Below are positions 13,196 through 25,925 of a DNA stretch of 64,000 nucleotides, piece after piece. The stretch comes from Harriotta raleighana (taxonomy: Eukaryota). Each line of letters begins with the position of its first letter. Positions within the stretch are counted from its first letter, which is position 1. The stretch is from the NCBI GenBank assembly GCA_050575255.1, contig JBNZDD010013638.1, positions 2,482,697 to 2,546,696 on the forward strand. Direction: 5' to 3'. The notes beneath the pieces were generated by a model. It had not been told where the DNA came from, did not search any database, and worked only from the letters and a program-made list of their open reading frames with translations. The translations under genes and the position numbers were made by a program.

Positions 13196-13592
13196 CAGTA
13201 AAACCTAATTTATCCGGCATGCTTGGGGGGAGTCGACTAATTGACAGTGCCGGATAAACGAGGGAGAAGTCGCCGAAAACCCGACATAAAAATTTAACTT
13301 ATTTTAAAACATACCATGTTAATAATACACTACATAGAAACACAATATTGTATGGATACTTACCAACAAAGCATTCTAGCACAGTCGGGAAAAAATCGGT
13401 AACGCTGCATTTTTTACCGATCGGTAAAAAACCTAAGTGCATAAGTTTACTAAGTGCGCATGTGCACGCAATTGCACACATGTGCAAAGTGAGCAAACTC
13501 ACAATTCTGCAATGGGGAATTGTCCTGGGAGGGGGTTGAGCAATTGAATCGAGTCACGGTTGATCGGGTCACGCATAAATGAGGTTTTACTG
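13196..13592. mobile_element. pogo/Tigger-like MITE, family A copy 2
   Basis: TA|cagtaaaacctaatttatccg ... cgcataaatgaggttttactg|TA; homologous to 8266-8648. Confidence 0.88.
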
Positions 13593-13879
13593 TACCAAGA
13601 TTTCTAGAGTCTCGCAAGACTCAGATCTGTGCTGAAATTTCATCAGAGCAGTCTTGTAAGTTAGGTATTCCATTCGATGGAGAAGGAAATTTTCGTCCTG
13701 AGCATTTTCCATTATTGAGATGCTAATTACGGTGCTGTTTTCCCAGTATACATACTGTATGTGGAACTCTGGTTCAAATAATCTTAGGCATGTTGATGGG
13801 GTTTCCACCAGATACTCAGCCAATGCCCCCAAAATATCCCTAGCAAGTAATTATTTTTACCCACTTGTTGACAGTATAG

Positions 13880-14207
13880 ATAGAGACCCGGGTTTAATTC
13901 CTGGCAGAGCAAAGTGTTGGGTGAGTTTCCTTATTCCACAGGTCTCTGTTTGCCTAGCAATAATTTGAAACCCAGTTGTTAGTCGATTGGCAGATTGCTT
14001 TTTTGAAGGGTAATAATTTCTTCAAAATATAATAAAATATAAGTTGGTCATTCAATCCACGACTCTTTATGGGATACCATTGTGCGAAATTGACTGTTGT
14101 GTTTTGCCCACAAAATATACAATTCACTTTACAGTATATTCTGTGAAGTGCTTTGAGACATCTTGAAGACATGATAAAGCGCTGTATCAAATGCAAGGAT
14201 TATTATT
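13880..14207 (+). mobile_element. tRNA-derived SINE (second family)
   Basis: B-box-like gggtttaattcc; body gaaacccagttgttagtcgattggcagattgct as at 57070-57455; tail gctgtatcaaatgcaaggattattattat. Confidence 0.7.
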
Positions 14208-14514
14208 ATACAAATTGTCTTATCATCAGAAATAGAGCTAGGAGTAAGGAAAACCCCTTGTGAAACTTTGCAGAGAGGTAAGCGATCAGTGATGGTGATG
14301 CAACAGATAAGAACATGGTTAAAAATTATGAATTTAAATTGGTTGCTTATATTGATCATCAGTTCAGAGTCAAACAGTAGAAATAGTTTTCTTTAGGCAA
14401 ATGAGGAGCTCAGTAATATGTTCATCAAGTCCCACCTCAAGACCCTCCTCTTCCATGGTCCCATCGGTCACCCCAAATACCCCCTTTCTCTCCACCCTCC
14501 CTGTCCCCAGTATA

Positions 14515-15030
14515 TTTACTGTAAAGTGAATTGACTGTTTATTCGTGGGTGAAACACGGCAGCCAATTGCACACCACAGTGTTCCACAAACAGTCGTGGA
14601 TTGAAATGACCAATTAATTATTGTGTTTTTTTCTTTATTAATCTCAAGCAGTCTCTGGCGTGCTCCATGTCCCCTGCCCGAACTGCCCTACCATCAGTGG
14701 CCGTGCTTTCAGCCTCTTTGCTCCACACTCTGGAACTCCATCCCGCAATCCTTTTGGCTCGCTTTCTCCCTTTCTTCCTTCAAGGCCGGTCTCAAGACCT
14801 TCCTCTTCGAACGAGTCTTCTGCTGCCCTCCTAACTATCCCCTCTTTCCTACTCTTCTTCCCCCTGCCCTGACCCTTCCCCACCCTCCCGCTCGGGTCCC
14901 GACCAAACTCTTCAGCGCCTTGGGACGTCCTCCTGACGTGAAAAGCGTTCTATAAATGTAATTTTGTTGTTGTTGTTAATTATTATTTGGCATATGGAGT
15001 AAGGAAACTTGCCCAAGACTTCGCCCTGCT
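14515..15030. mobile_element. Minus-strand SINE interrupted by a plus-strand L2 3' fragment (about 14640-14977)
   Basis: SINE body gtaaagtgaattgactg...gaccaatt resumes after the L2 (gttgttgtt) tail as attatttggcatatggagtaaggaaacttgcccaag. Confidence 0.75.
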
Positions 15031-15309
15031 GGGAACTGCAATACTAATCGTTACATTTGATTTAGCATCTTTCATGTGAGGAGGATGTCTCAAAGCTTCT
15101 CATAGGATATACTGCAAAGTGGAGTGAATATGTACCTTATGGACAAACCTGGCAGCCAATTTGCTTACAGCAATTGTCTTCATGACCATGATGTGAATGA
15201 CAAATTTTTGAGGGGGTTTGTTAGCCAGGACACTGGCAGAACCTTCCTTATCTTTTCGATAACATCCATCTGAATAGGCAGTAAAGACCGCTCTTTCAAA
15301 GGATGGCTG

Positions 15310-15780
15310 CAGGGTGGGGAGCCAATGGAGTTAAGTGAGGATGAGGGTGGTAGACAGAGCTTGGTGAGGAGAGTACATGGAATACAGAATTCTGGATAGT
15401 ATGCAGCCTGTGTAAGAAGGAGCTGGAAAGTCTGGCGAGCAGAGCATTGGCATTGTCAAGCTTGGACGTGTTAAATTAATGGATAAGTGTTTTGACAGCC
15501 TGATGGGAGAGGTATTGGTGGAGCTGGCAATGTTTTGGAGGTGAGAAAAAGCTGAGTGGGTAAGAGCACGAATGTGGGGTTTGAAAGACATTTGGGGGTC
15601 CAACACCCAAGTTATGCATAGGCTCCATGAGTGGAATGTGCATCCATGTAGGTTAATGTCGTCAGTGCCTGAAGTAAGAAGGAATGTCTTGTCGACATTC
15701 AGATGTGTTTAAGTGACAAACGTCTTGTTTAGCCCTGCTTGTGATCTCAGGCTTTCCATGACATCTACTGAAAAGGCAAA
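15310..15780 (-). mobile_element. Degraded L2 fragment
   Basis: Minus-strand translation LDPQMSFKPHIRALTHSAFSHLQNIA is an L2 ORF2 motif. Confidence 0.75.
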
Positions 15781-17724
15781 TAGAGATTTTTTCAGGAATA
15801 GAGTACAATTGGCAGAAAAGGTCAATGTAACCTTGGAAAGCTTTGGAAATTATCAACAAAGCCTTAGATATGTCTTTATAGGGACTGGCTCAGCAAGCAC
15901 AATGCCAGGCCCTTATTATCAATGTAATTGATAGTTCAGAACAATGCAGGATTTGCCTCAGAGATTGAGTATCGAGACAAAATTGTCACCACTGCCCCAG
16001 AGCGTGATGGCTATGGCTCAGACCTCCTCTTCCATCAGTCAATGACTCACAGTCCTAGCCCTCCAGTGGGAAGGTTGGAGCACATCCAATGATTTCATTG
16101 ATTGCCCGGCTTAGCGAAACCAGTGCCCTTGACATTGTGAGATCACTTCAGAATACACAGGGAACTGTTCTCGGCACAGATCAATGATGTACCGAGAATG
16201 ATAAGGTCCAGAAATTGTTAATCTCAGGCCCCTGTATAATTTCAGCAATTATTTTATGATAATTATACTGTTTAGGTAGGTGGAGATTGATTTTCAATTT
16301 CCTATTGTAGGTTTAAATTTCCCCAGGCATTCTCCAAGCCTACTTTTTATTTCTCTGATTTGGTGTAGTGTAGAGCTGTTTCTATATGTCATGTATATGT
16401 CGAAGTGCTCTGAGACACCGTCCAGTGTGGAGGGCACTATATAAATCAAAGTTGTACTTATATGTCAATGCTGTTGCCACTTATCTACAAATCAATTCCT
16501 GCTCCAACATATCTTTATGACATGCTTACACCCCACTTCACAACCCGTTCCCTTCACTCAGCTGGCTCCAGCCTGCTACATCTCCCCTGTCCCTCCAATC
16601 CACCATCAGAAATTGTACCTTCACCCTCTATATCCCAAAACTGTGCATTGCCCCTTTCTAATCCATTCAGACAATTTTCTTTGACTGTGCCTATAGTCAT
16701 ACCTCCCTTCACCCCCACCAGCTCAGCGTCAGCTTCAGTTTCATATTTTGAGAACCTGCTATATAAATGCTTTGGTTACAACATTATCAGTCAGGTCTCT
16801 TTCTATCAATACGATTCCTTAGATTGTTTTATTCTTAATGTTCCATGAATTAAACCAGTTTTAAAATACAGTAATAACCTTGCATTTAATATAGTGCCTT
16901 GCCACATCTTTGAGATGTCTCAAAGTGCTTCACAGAACACATTGTAAAGTGCATCAATTGAATGAACATATTTTGAGTGAAACACAGCAGCCAATTGCAT
17001 ATAGCACTGTCCCAGTCGAGGATTGAGTGACCAAATTATTTTTTTAAGAGATCCCACAAAACCAATCTGCCAATCAACTAACATCAGGTTTTTATTAACT
17101 GCTAGAATATTATAAATGTGATGCAATACTGGAAATATTAAAAGGGATAAATAAATGAGAAATCTTTTATTGCCTATTTAATACTGGGAAATTCCTGTTG
17201 TGAACATTTTTCGCTACTAGCACCTGATGCACCCCAAAGAATTCACAAAGAAGATTTAAACAGTTCAACAGGAAAACATTCTGGTTGTGATTATTGCCCA
17301 TACACTCAGTCAAACGTTAGGTTGTTCTCAGCAACACGAATCACGCACTTGGATGCCTCTGAGACTGTTTGATTGTAAATCAAGGCAGGTTATTGTGACC
17401 CTGTATATCTAACTGTAGCCAAACCTGAATACTGCATGCAGTTTTGGGCATGCTGCCTTTACAAGGACATTGATAGATTGCAGAGCGTAAGGACTTAAAC
17501 AAATGAGAACCCTGGAACTGTCCATCAGGCTATCAAGCTCATACCTTCCACAGACCAGGCAGGCGTGAATTTACCTCACCTGCAGTTTATCCTGGGAACA
17601 CATTCACCACAAGCCACCAAAACTCTCCCACATACATTCATATCATCCCAAAACAACAACAACAAAATAACATTTGTAGAGCGTCTTTCATGTTAGAGGA
17701 CGACCCAAGGCACTGTTATGAACG

Positions 17725-18295
17725 TCCAGGCTTGACTATGCAAATTGCGTTTTGGCCTTCCCAACTTCTCCCTCCATAGACTGGAAATCGTCCAGAACTT
17801 TTCAGCCCCTCTGGCGCATGAGGCTCTGTGACCATATCAATTCCACCCTCTCCCGACTCCACTGGCTTCCTATCAAATAGAAGATACAGTTCAAGATCTT
17901 GAGTGTCATCTTCAAAGCCCTCCTGGCTTCATTCCCCACTACCTCTGCAACCTCCTAAAACCCTACTAACCTGCCTGCTCAACCCTGCTCGGTGGGCTCT
18001 GGCCTGCTTGATGGCCTCGCTTTGCTCACTCACCCACCCCACCATTGGCAAGCTTGCCTTCAGCCATTGTATCCCCACCCTGTGGAATTCCATCCCACAA
18101 TCCCTCCGCAATGTCCCATGCCTTGTCTCCTTCAAGACTGACCTCAAGGCTCTCCTCTTTGTCCATGCTTTCGATCAACGTCCTTCCCCTGCTGCTCTCC
18201 ATCCTTCACAAATCCGTATCCCCAATACTGTCTGTCAGCACCTTGGGAAGTCCTCCTAATGTGAAAGACGCTATACAAAGATAATGTTGTTGGTG
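17725..18295 (+). mobile_element. L2 LINE 3' fragment
   Basis: SRLDYAN, LHWLP and AFSHCIPTLWNSIP motifs; ends gtgaaagacgctatacaaagataatgttgttg. Confidence 0.85.
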
Positions 18296-18299
18296 CATG

Positions 18300-18700
18300 A
18301 TATTGTTTTGTACCAAAGGACAATCAAACTAAATATCCAGAATAATTTTACATCCCTACATGTACATAATTCAACCTTGCTTTCCTTCCATTTCTCTCTC
18401 TTCTCAAGCCAAAAGCCTAGTGGGTAGGGTTGTCTTAGCTCAACAACAGTGAGAAGCTCTTCAGACAATGCTTTCAATGGTAAACTATCCAGTTTTAGCT
18501 GGTTGAACTCCTGCAATAACTCAAAGCACACTCTGGTGTCTCCAAGCAATGGCTTTTGCCAACCTATGCCTATTTTTCTCTGGAATTAGATAAACAGGAT
18601 GAAACCCTCCAGGGACAGTGGGGATTCCAATCCAGGTATATTTCCACAAACACGTGGCATACATATTGTGGAGCTCTCAGTCTGGTTTGGATACTCTTAT
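18300..18700 (-). mobile_element. Unclassified ancient coding-like relic, copy 2
   Basis: Reverse complement aligns in blocks with 60086-60360 (21/22 and 29/34 nt); frames KSIQTRLRAP and PGGFHPVYLIPE. Confidence 0.5.
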
Positions 18701-19949
18701 AAAGTCAGATTCTAGCCGATTAATAAAATAAAGCTTTGCCTCGATCCAAGTAACACAAAATCCTTTTAATTCCCTTGGAATATTTGTACATGTAGATTAT
18801 TATTATTTCTATATGCTGTTTCCAAGCGGAAACTTAGCCAAATTGAAAGAGATAATTAAAGCTCCTGTTGTGAGAGATGTTTGTTTTACTGGAGAATAGA
18901 AGATTGAGGAAACACTTAATGTGGGGTAGCATCTCAGAGTGCATAACATAAAAAATTGTATAAAGGAAATAAACTAACCAGGTTATTTAATTGTTTTTAA
19001 AATATTCCATTACTGTTATTAGAAAATGAAATTGTTCTAAAAGTAAGTTGTACTATCAATCAACGTTTCCGTAAGTATTGGGAGTCCTGGGACCCACATC
19101 CACTTCATCTGGAAGAGACTACATAAACAGGAAGTCACAGTTGATTATTCCTTTCTGGTATTGGGTTTATCTAAATCTATGGCTCCAAATAAATTGATAG
19201 GCTAATGGTCTGGTCATTGGAAGCAGAAGAAGTGTTGTGGTGATAACTGGTGATTTCAAAAGATGAGCTGAGTCATCTGAAGCACAATTGTAAATGTATA
19301 GAAATGTAGAAAATAATTGCCACTGGAGGCTCAGTATATTTATTTGCCTTCATCTGAAGGACAATATAGGCCACAGAGGAGAGTGCGGTGAGCCAAGGAA
19401 CTTCTTCAGTACAGTATTGTAATAATTCTTGCATTTGCTATAGCTTCTTATCATATCATCGAGACATCTCAAACCCATCACAGGATTCATCTACAAGGAA
19501 ACCAGAGCTTCTAGGATTGCATTGAGTTAATGTAGAGGTGACTTACCAATAACTATCTGTGTGCCTGGGACTGTATATGGATGGTGGTGACAATAGACTA
19601 GAACACTGGATACACTGGGCACACTGGATGATAGGTATCAAGGTTTCAATTGAATTTGGAAAGCTAATCTTCTAGTTTTTTTTAGTAAAAATGACTGGTA
19701 ACACAGTATACTGTACTTCTACATGGTCAGATGGATTAGAAGTTGGTGACTCAATCAAAAATGAGCTGTTATATGTAGTACTCAGCCGTGGGAGCTCATC
19801 TGGGAAACACTACAGTGTAAGCATATGTATTGCAGTTATCCAGCATCTTGGGGCGTCCTCCCAACATGAAAGGCGCTATACAATTGTAATTTTGTTGTTG
19901 TAGTTATTGAGTGAGTATTATGCTGGTGCTTTCAATATTATGTTTTTTT

Positions 19950-20530
19950 AAAGCATAGAATGTTACAGCATGGAAACAGGCCATTCAGCCCAACTAGTTT
20001 GTACTAATGTCTATATCCCATTTGAGTCTCCACTCAAATATCCCTCTTCTATTTCCCTCTACTTCTTTCTCCTTCATTTGTGCATTGTTTCCTCTTAAAT
20101 TCATTTACATTTTCTGCATGAAACACAGCTTCCAGCAGCGAGTCCCACATTTTCCCCACCCTCCATGTGAAGACGTTGCTCTTAAACTTCCTTTTAATTC
20201 TATTTTAACATTTATTCTTTCCTGTTCTGGACTCAACAATGAATGGAAACAGCCTATTAATATCTATTGAAACTTTTTATAATTGTAAACACCTCTATTA
20301 AGTCTCTTCTCAATTGTTTCATCTCCAAGGAGAAATGTTGTAAAGTGTCTAATCTTTCTTGATAGCTGCAGCTGCTCATCCTTGGTAACATCCTAGTAAA
20401 TTGTTATTATTAAAACTTCACTGTCAATGCTCTTATATTCTTCCTGTACTATGTAAACCATAGCACTCTAAACATGGTTTAATCTTTTTTCTAAAAATAA
20501 CGTAAATTAGCATTACTTCACTACTTTCTT
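19950..20530 (-). mobile_element. Old CR1 LINE 3' fragment
   Basis: catagaatgttacagcatggaaacaggccattcagccc is a reversed CR1 terminus, followed by reversed ORF2 end motifs (aaacacctctattaagtctctt = RDLIEVF). Confidence 0.7.
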
Positions 20531-23500
20531 TACAATTCTCCGGAAATGCTATCATGCGTGAAAGGTGCTATATAAAAACAAGCTGTGTTTTTTGTTATTG
20601 TTGTACTTACAATACTCTATTCTTATGGACATAAAGCCAAGGTATTTAGAGCTGTCACATTTCAAGGTTGTTATCAGGTGATTTATTCAGTGATCGATTG
20701 TTATTTAGGGTTTGCATTTAGCTATGTCCTGAACTGAAATTATTTGACTGAAACATTGGAAACACCTTTGCCCCACAATTTTTTTTTAAATGATTGAATA
20801 TGATTAAAAATGATATATAATTGCAATAACCTCCCCTTCTGTTATGTCCATTTATTAAAAATGCATCTGTTCCTGTTTAGCAATCCACTATACAACTGTC
20901 TGAAAGTGTAACAGATCAAGGTGACACATTGCAAAACTGTTGCAGACTCTTTGAAATCAAACCTTTCAACTGCAGTGCACTACACTAAAATGATTTGTTA
21001 TAATGTAAGGAAAGGATGACCATATATTTCTTTTGACAATATGTCATAGTTGTAAGTTAGACATTTATTTTAAGCTCTCATCTGACTTCTAGCGTCTGCT
21101 ATTAATAAGCACTGTATTAGTGTTAACTGTTGGAACTAAACATTTCTACAATGAGGCAGTAAATGTTACAGGCTGTAACAGTAAATAAGATGATACTAAA
21201 GATATGGACTGTGGACCAAACAACTTAGCATCGGATTTAGAAAATGACAACAGTGAAGTGTAGTATGGTTAAGTATTCATCTTGTAGTTTTTTTAAGGAG
21301 CAGGGCAAGGAAGTGGGGAGGGGGCGAGGGAGGTTGGAATTAATTCTACAACAACAAAAGACTGATTGTATGTCTTTGTACAGAGCTTTAGCTTGGATAT
21401 CTTTCAAGAGTGTCAATAAGCAGCAGGGAGTCACAGTGCACATGCATGTACAGTACAGAACAAAAATCTCCCATTTGCTGCATTTGACAATGTAAGACCT
21501 AAGCAACAACAGCTGGGTGCTGCGACCACTTCTATTCTTTACATGCGAAATAAATAATCAGCAAATAGAATGAAAACCAGCTTGCTTGTAGTAGCAGTTG
21601 ATTTATGGCCAGTAGCTAGTGTTTGATGTGTCTTTCATGTTGGACCTCAACTGTGTTCACTGAGCATGAAGCAATAAAATATTAATTTTACTTTTGCAAA
21701 ATGATGGTAATATTTTGTGGAATGGCATGGTTTTGCTTGAATATAATGCATTAAGAATTCCTAATAAAGCAAAGCAAAAGCGGGCATGAGGACTCAGCAA
21801 TAATTGGGTCCTTCTATTAGGATCCGCAGATTCCAACTTTGCTGCATGACAGGACTTTTGACTGGGAACAAATAAACACTTCCGCAGAATTCTGAATATT
21901 TTGAATCACAGCTGCTTACAGATGTGCCAAACTGAAGTTGACTTAATTGAGCCAACTTGGGTTTCCTCCACTAAATGAATAGACTCAGGTTTCCCATCAG
22001 CGAATGCCAATGCATGTGTTCGTTCCTCCAGCACATGTCTACTGTGCACTGCGTGTATAACATTATTAGTATGGCAAATGAGGCCCAAAATACATTGTCT
22101 TAGCCCCCAAGACAATTTTGCCTTAAAATTTAATGGTGTGTGGAAAATTCCTCAATTCCGTCTTAATTTGAAAGTTGTTTTCCTTTTTAGAACTGTGGGA
22201 TAACTAGATTCCAAAACAAGACGTAAGTTTTGGGAATTTCACACAATTCTGTGCCATCTTAAATTTTAAAACCACATTAACTTCCAAGCTAAGGCTAGGT
22301 AAAATTCCAGGTCTCCGGTATTAATTCCCCCTCGTCAGGGCAGCTAGTGTTAAGTGATTGTCAAAATCCACTGCAGCAAATGAAATGTGTGTCTGTGAAT
22401 CTATGTGACAGTCTATTTTCCTTCTGGTTCAAAGAACTTTTAGTTCAATAGATTATGGGGTCGAAAATGCAAACTGCAAGTCGCTACTCAAATCAAAGGG
22501 TAGCAAATTAAATTGTGCCACTTGCTGACAAATCAATTTTTTAAAAGATGGTAACAGCTGACATTTTGCTTAAACTAGGGTCTCCAAGAAGGTCAGAAAG
22601 CAAAATTCTGGCTGCAAAATGACTTTTACTGGAGCCAAGATCACCATTGTTTTACGATATCTTAAGAAAATGTGTTAGCGACAGCTTCTGTCACAGAACA
22701 GCTTCCAGCTAGGCATAAAAATTAGACTTCCAGTTTGTGCAAACCTCATCTTAGAAAAGAATAAAATAATCATGTCAGCTGCATCTAATTGACTCGGGGG
22801 AGATTGTGTCAGTTTTTCTGGCCTGTCCAGTGGCTACATTGAATCTTTGGAATTCCAATAGCAAACTGTTAGTAAATGTCCCATTTCCTAGCTGGTCATG
22901 CATAAGTTAGCATGTACTGTATCTATTTCCTTTGCTTTAGATAGTGTAATCCTTCAGAATCACTGGAGTGCAGGTTCGCTTGCAATGTGTGTGTCCCGTA
23001 GATGGTAGTTAGAGCTCCTCTGAGTACCTTGGATCCGTGGTACATTTCTGGCTTCTAGCATGGACTGGCAGTGCACAGGAAGCCAGTTGGTTACCCGCAA
23101 CCAATCTCGTGAACCTTTCTAGCGATTAAAAAAAAGCAAGAGCAGTCACAAATGACCAGCTGGCTTCTTGGCCAGTTCATGGAAGTCAGTGTCAAAACCT
23201 GAGAATAGTAATCGTGGCTATTTTGTTTCTTGCAGACCCATCATAACATGGAGTCTAATTTTGTGAACCCAAAACACCACAGAGTAATACAGTGATCTTG
23301 CAGAAAGTGGATGTTTTCTGTGTTTCGTGGCTGTCGTAATGGACATTTATGCATTGCAGAATATTGCATGTCTCGTATATCTTAGTACTGCTATTGAAGC
23401 TAAGAAAAGCTAAATATTGTATTACCCAAGGAAAAATTCAGGCAAATAAGTGGTAGTTCCTGTGGTTTTGCTGGTTATTTTAAAACAACAGATGAAAACT

Positions 23501-24399
23501 CAGAATCAAAAACAGATCTCAACATTAAAGTATATTGAATTTTAAAAGTGTACATTTTCGTTAAAAAAATCATTTGGCAAGTCTTTTTTCATTGAAACAT
23601 ATCAGCATGACACATGGCTTTTTTCTTTATCCAAGAAGAAAGTAGTTTGCAAAACACTTTCTCATGAAGATTGTGCCGCCTTCAAGAGAGTTTGGTGTTA
23701 CTGATTCATTTAAGCCAGTTAACCTTTTAGCTTTAGAAAGAATCACACTGCCACAAGACCCTCGGCTGCTCTGCTTTATTGCTGGACTGCCTTTCCTGTT
23801 AATGCATCTGTGCTGACAATATAATTGGTTTTCTGTTGATGGTTTTCTTTTTTGTTAATTGTGAGACAAATAACTAAAATACAATATATAAATTTTCTCT
23901 TCAGATACAGCAATACATTCTGCTTTAGAACACTCTACATTATTGGTTATTCGTATTCGTTATATAATATGCTGTGGATAGGATTGATATGCCAGCCGTT
24001 GGGACCAGAAGGGGATTAGTTGTTTTAAAGCTTCTGGAGCCAAATCAGTGCAATGTCCCTCTGATCAGCACTTTCTCCGGTTGCTATATTCAGTTTGTTC
24101 TCTGTTCTGGTAGAGCAACAATTATTTATTGGGCGTCCCCTGAGTTTCTGAAAATATATCATCATGTTTAAAAGTATATATATATTTTAAAAATTGTGTT
24201 CAATCCGACTGTTTGTGAGATGCTGCTGGGCACAATTTCCTGCTGAGTTTCATCCGCAAAATACACTTTACACTATATTAAGTGAAGCCCTTTGAGTTGC
24301 CACAAATGTGTGATGCAGTGCTTATGTTAAATGCGAAGATTATTTTGTTTATTTTATAATAAAATCAGTCTGGAAATCATACATGAATGCCACCTGTAT

Positions 24400-24830
24400 G
24401 TCAAACTGGCTCAGTGGTAACACTCTTACCTCTGAGTTAGAAGATTGTGGATTGTGGGGCATCGGGACTTGAATTCACATTGTCTATGCGGACAATTCAG
24501 CATAGTACTATGTGTTAAATTATTGGAGGAGCTTTCTTTCGATGAAACTTGAAACCAATGGCCCATTTACCTGTTCAGGTGGATGTTAAAGATACCATGG
24601 CACTATTAAAAAGAGAAGTAAGTTCCTATTGTCTTAGCCATTAAGCACCCTAAATAAAACATGTGATTCATTTCATGGCTGTTTGTGCGACAGTGATATA
24701 TGCAATCGGGGTGCCACATTCACCTATACATTTATAGTCTCCCCACTTTACAATAAATCCTTTGAAACACTTTGGGAATGTCCTCCTGAAGTGAAAGGTA
24801 CTATACCAAATGCAAGGATCATTATTATTA
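24400..24830 (+). mobile_element. Full-length tRNA-derived Deu-type SINE (SacSINE1/AmnSINE-like core)
   Basis: A-box head tggctcagtggtaacactcttacctctgag; Deu-like core ggatgttaaagataccatggcactatt; L2-like tail gtgaaaggtactataccaaatgcaaggatcattattatta. Confidence 0.75.
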
Positions 24831-24924
24831 TCTACTCATGAAAATTTAAAAAAATCTTGTGAAGTCCTCCATATGTGAAAGGCGCTATATCAAATGCAAG
24901 GATTATTATTACTCTATCCATTTA

Positions 24925-25925
24925 CAATAACAACAACTTCAATTTATATAGCGCCCTCCACGCCAGACGGCGTCTCAGAGCGCTTCACAATAGCGGATCC
25001 CAGGACCGAGCTAGGGGCAGGGGTAGAAAGATGACCAAAGGCGCGGTCAAAGAGAAAGGTCTTCGTCTGGGACTTGAAACTGGAAAAAGAGGGGACGAGG
25101 CAGAGGGAGTGAGGAAGGGAATTCCAGAGCCTCAGGGCATGGTGGCTTAAGACATGGCCGCCAAGGTAGAGCGGAGGATTTGGGAGACATGTAGGAGGTC
25201 AGACCCGGTGGAGTGAAGGCTATGGGTGCTGGTTTGAGGAGAGAGGAGGTCAGAGAGGTAGGGGTGTGCAGAGGAGTGGAGGGATTTAAAGACGAGGATG
25301 AAGATCTTGAAATCAATCCTCTCTGGGATAGGGAGCCAGTGAAGTCTGGTGAGGACTGGGGTAATGGGGGAGCGAAGATTGGTGCAGGTGAGAAAGCGAG
25401 CGGCCGAGTTCTGGATAAACTGGACCCTGTGGATTGTGGAGGAGGGGAGACTGGCAAGGAGGGCATTGCAATAGTCCAGTCGAGAGGTGACAAAAGCGTG
25501 GACCAGGGTTTCAGCAGTTTTTGGGGTGAGGTATTGGCAAAGATGGGAGGAGGTGGAAGAAGGCAGTGCTGGTGAGGGACCAGATGTGAGGGAGGAAGGA
25601 CAGTTGGGGGTCGAACCTGACGCCTAGGTTGCGCATAGGTTTGGAGAGTTTTAGGGTAGACCGGTAAGGTGGAGGAGATAAGAGCCGTGTGAATGGAGAC
25701 GTTGACGGGAGCTAAAGAGTATGGCCTCCTTCTTGTCAACATTCAACTGCAAGAAATTTGCGCTCATCCAGCTCCTAATGTCTGACAAGCAGGCTGACAG
25801 AACATCAGCATCAACATCAGTGGGTCACAAAGTGAAGTGGAGAAATAGCGCTGGGTGTCATCCGCATACATATGGAAGTGTGCCCCATGTCTGCGGATGA
25901 CATCCCCAAGAGGGAGCATATAGAT
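24925..25925 (-). mobile_element. L2 LINE 3' half (RT motif to tail)
   Basis: Minus strand encodes [27 protein letters not shown] and LHWLP; (CAA)n tail at the left end. Confidence 0.92.
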
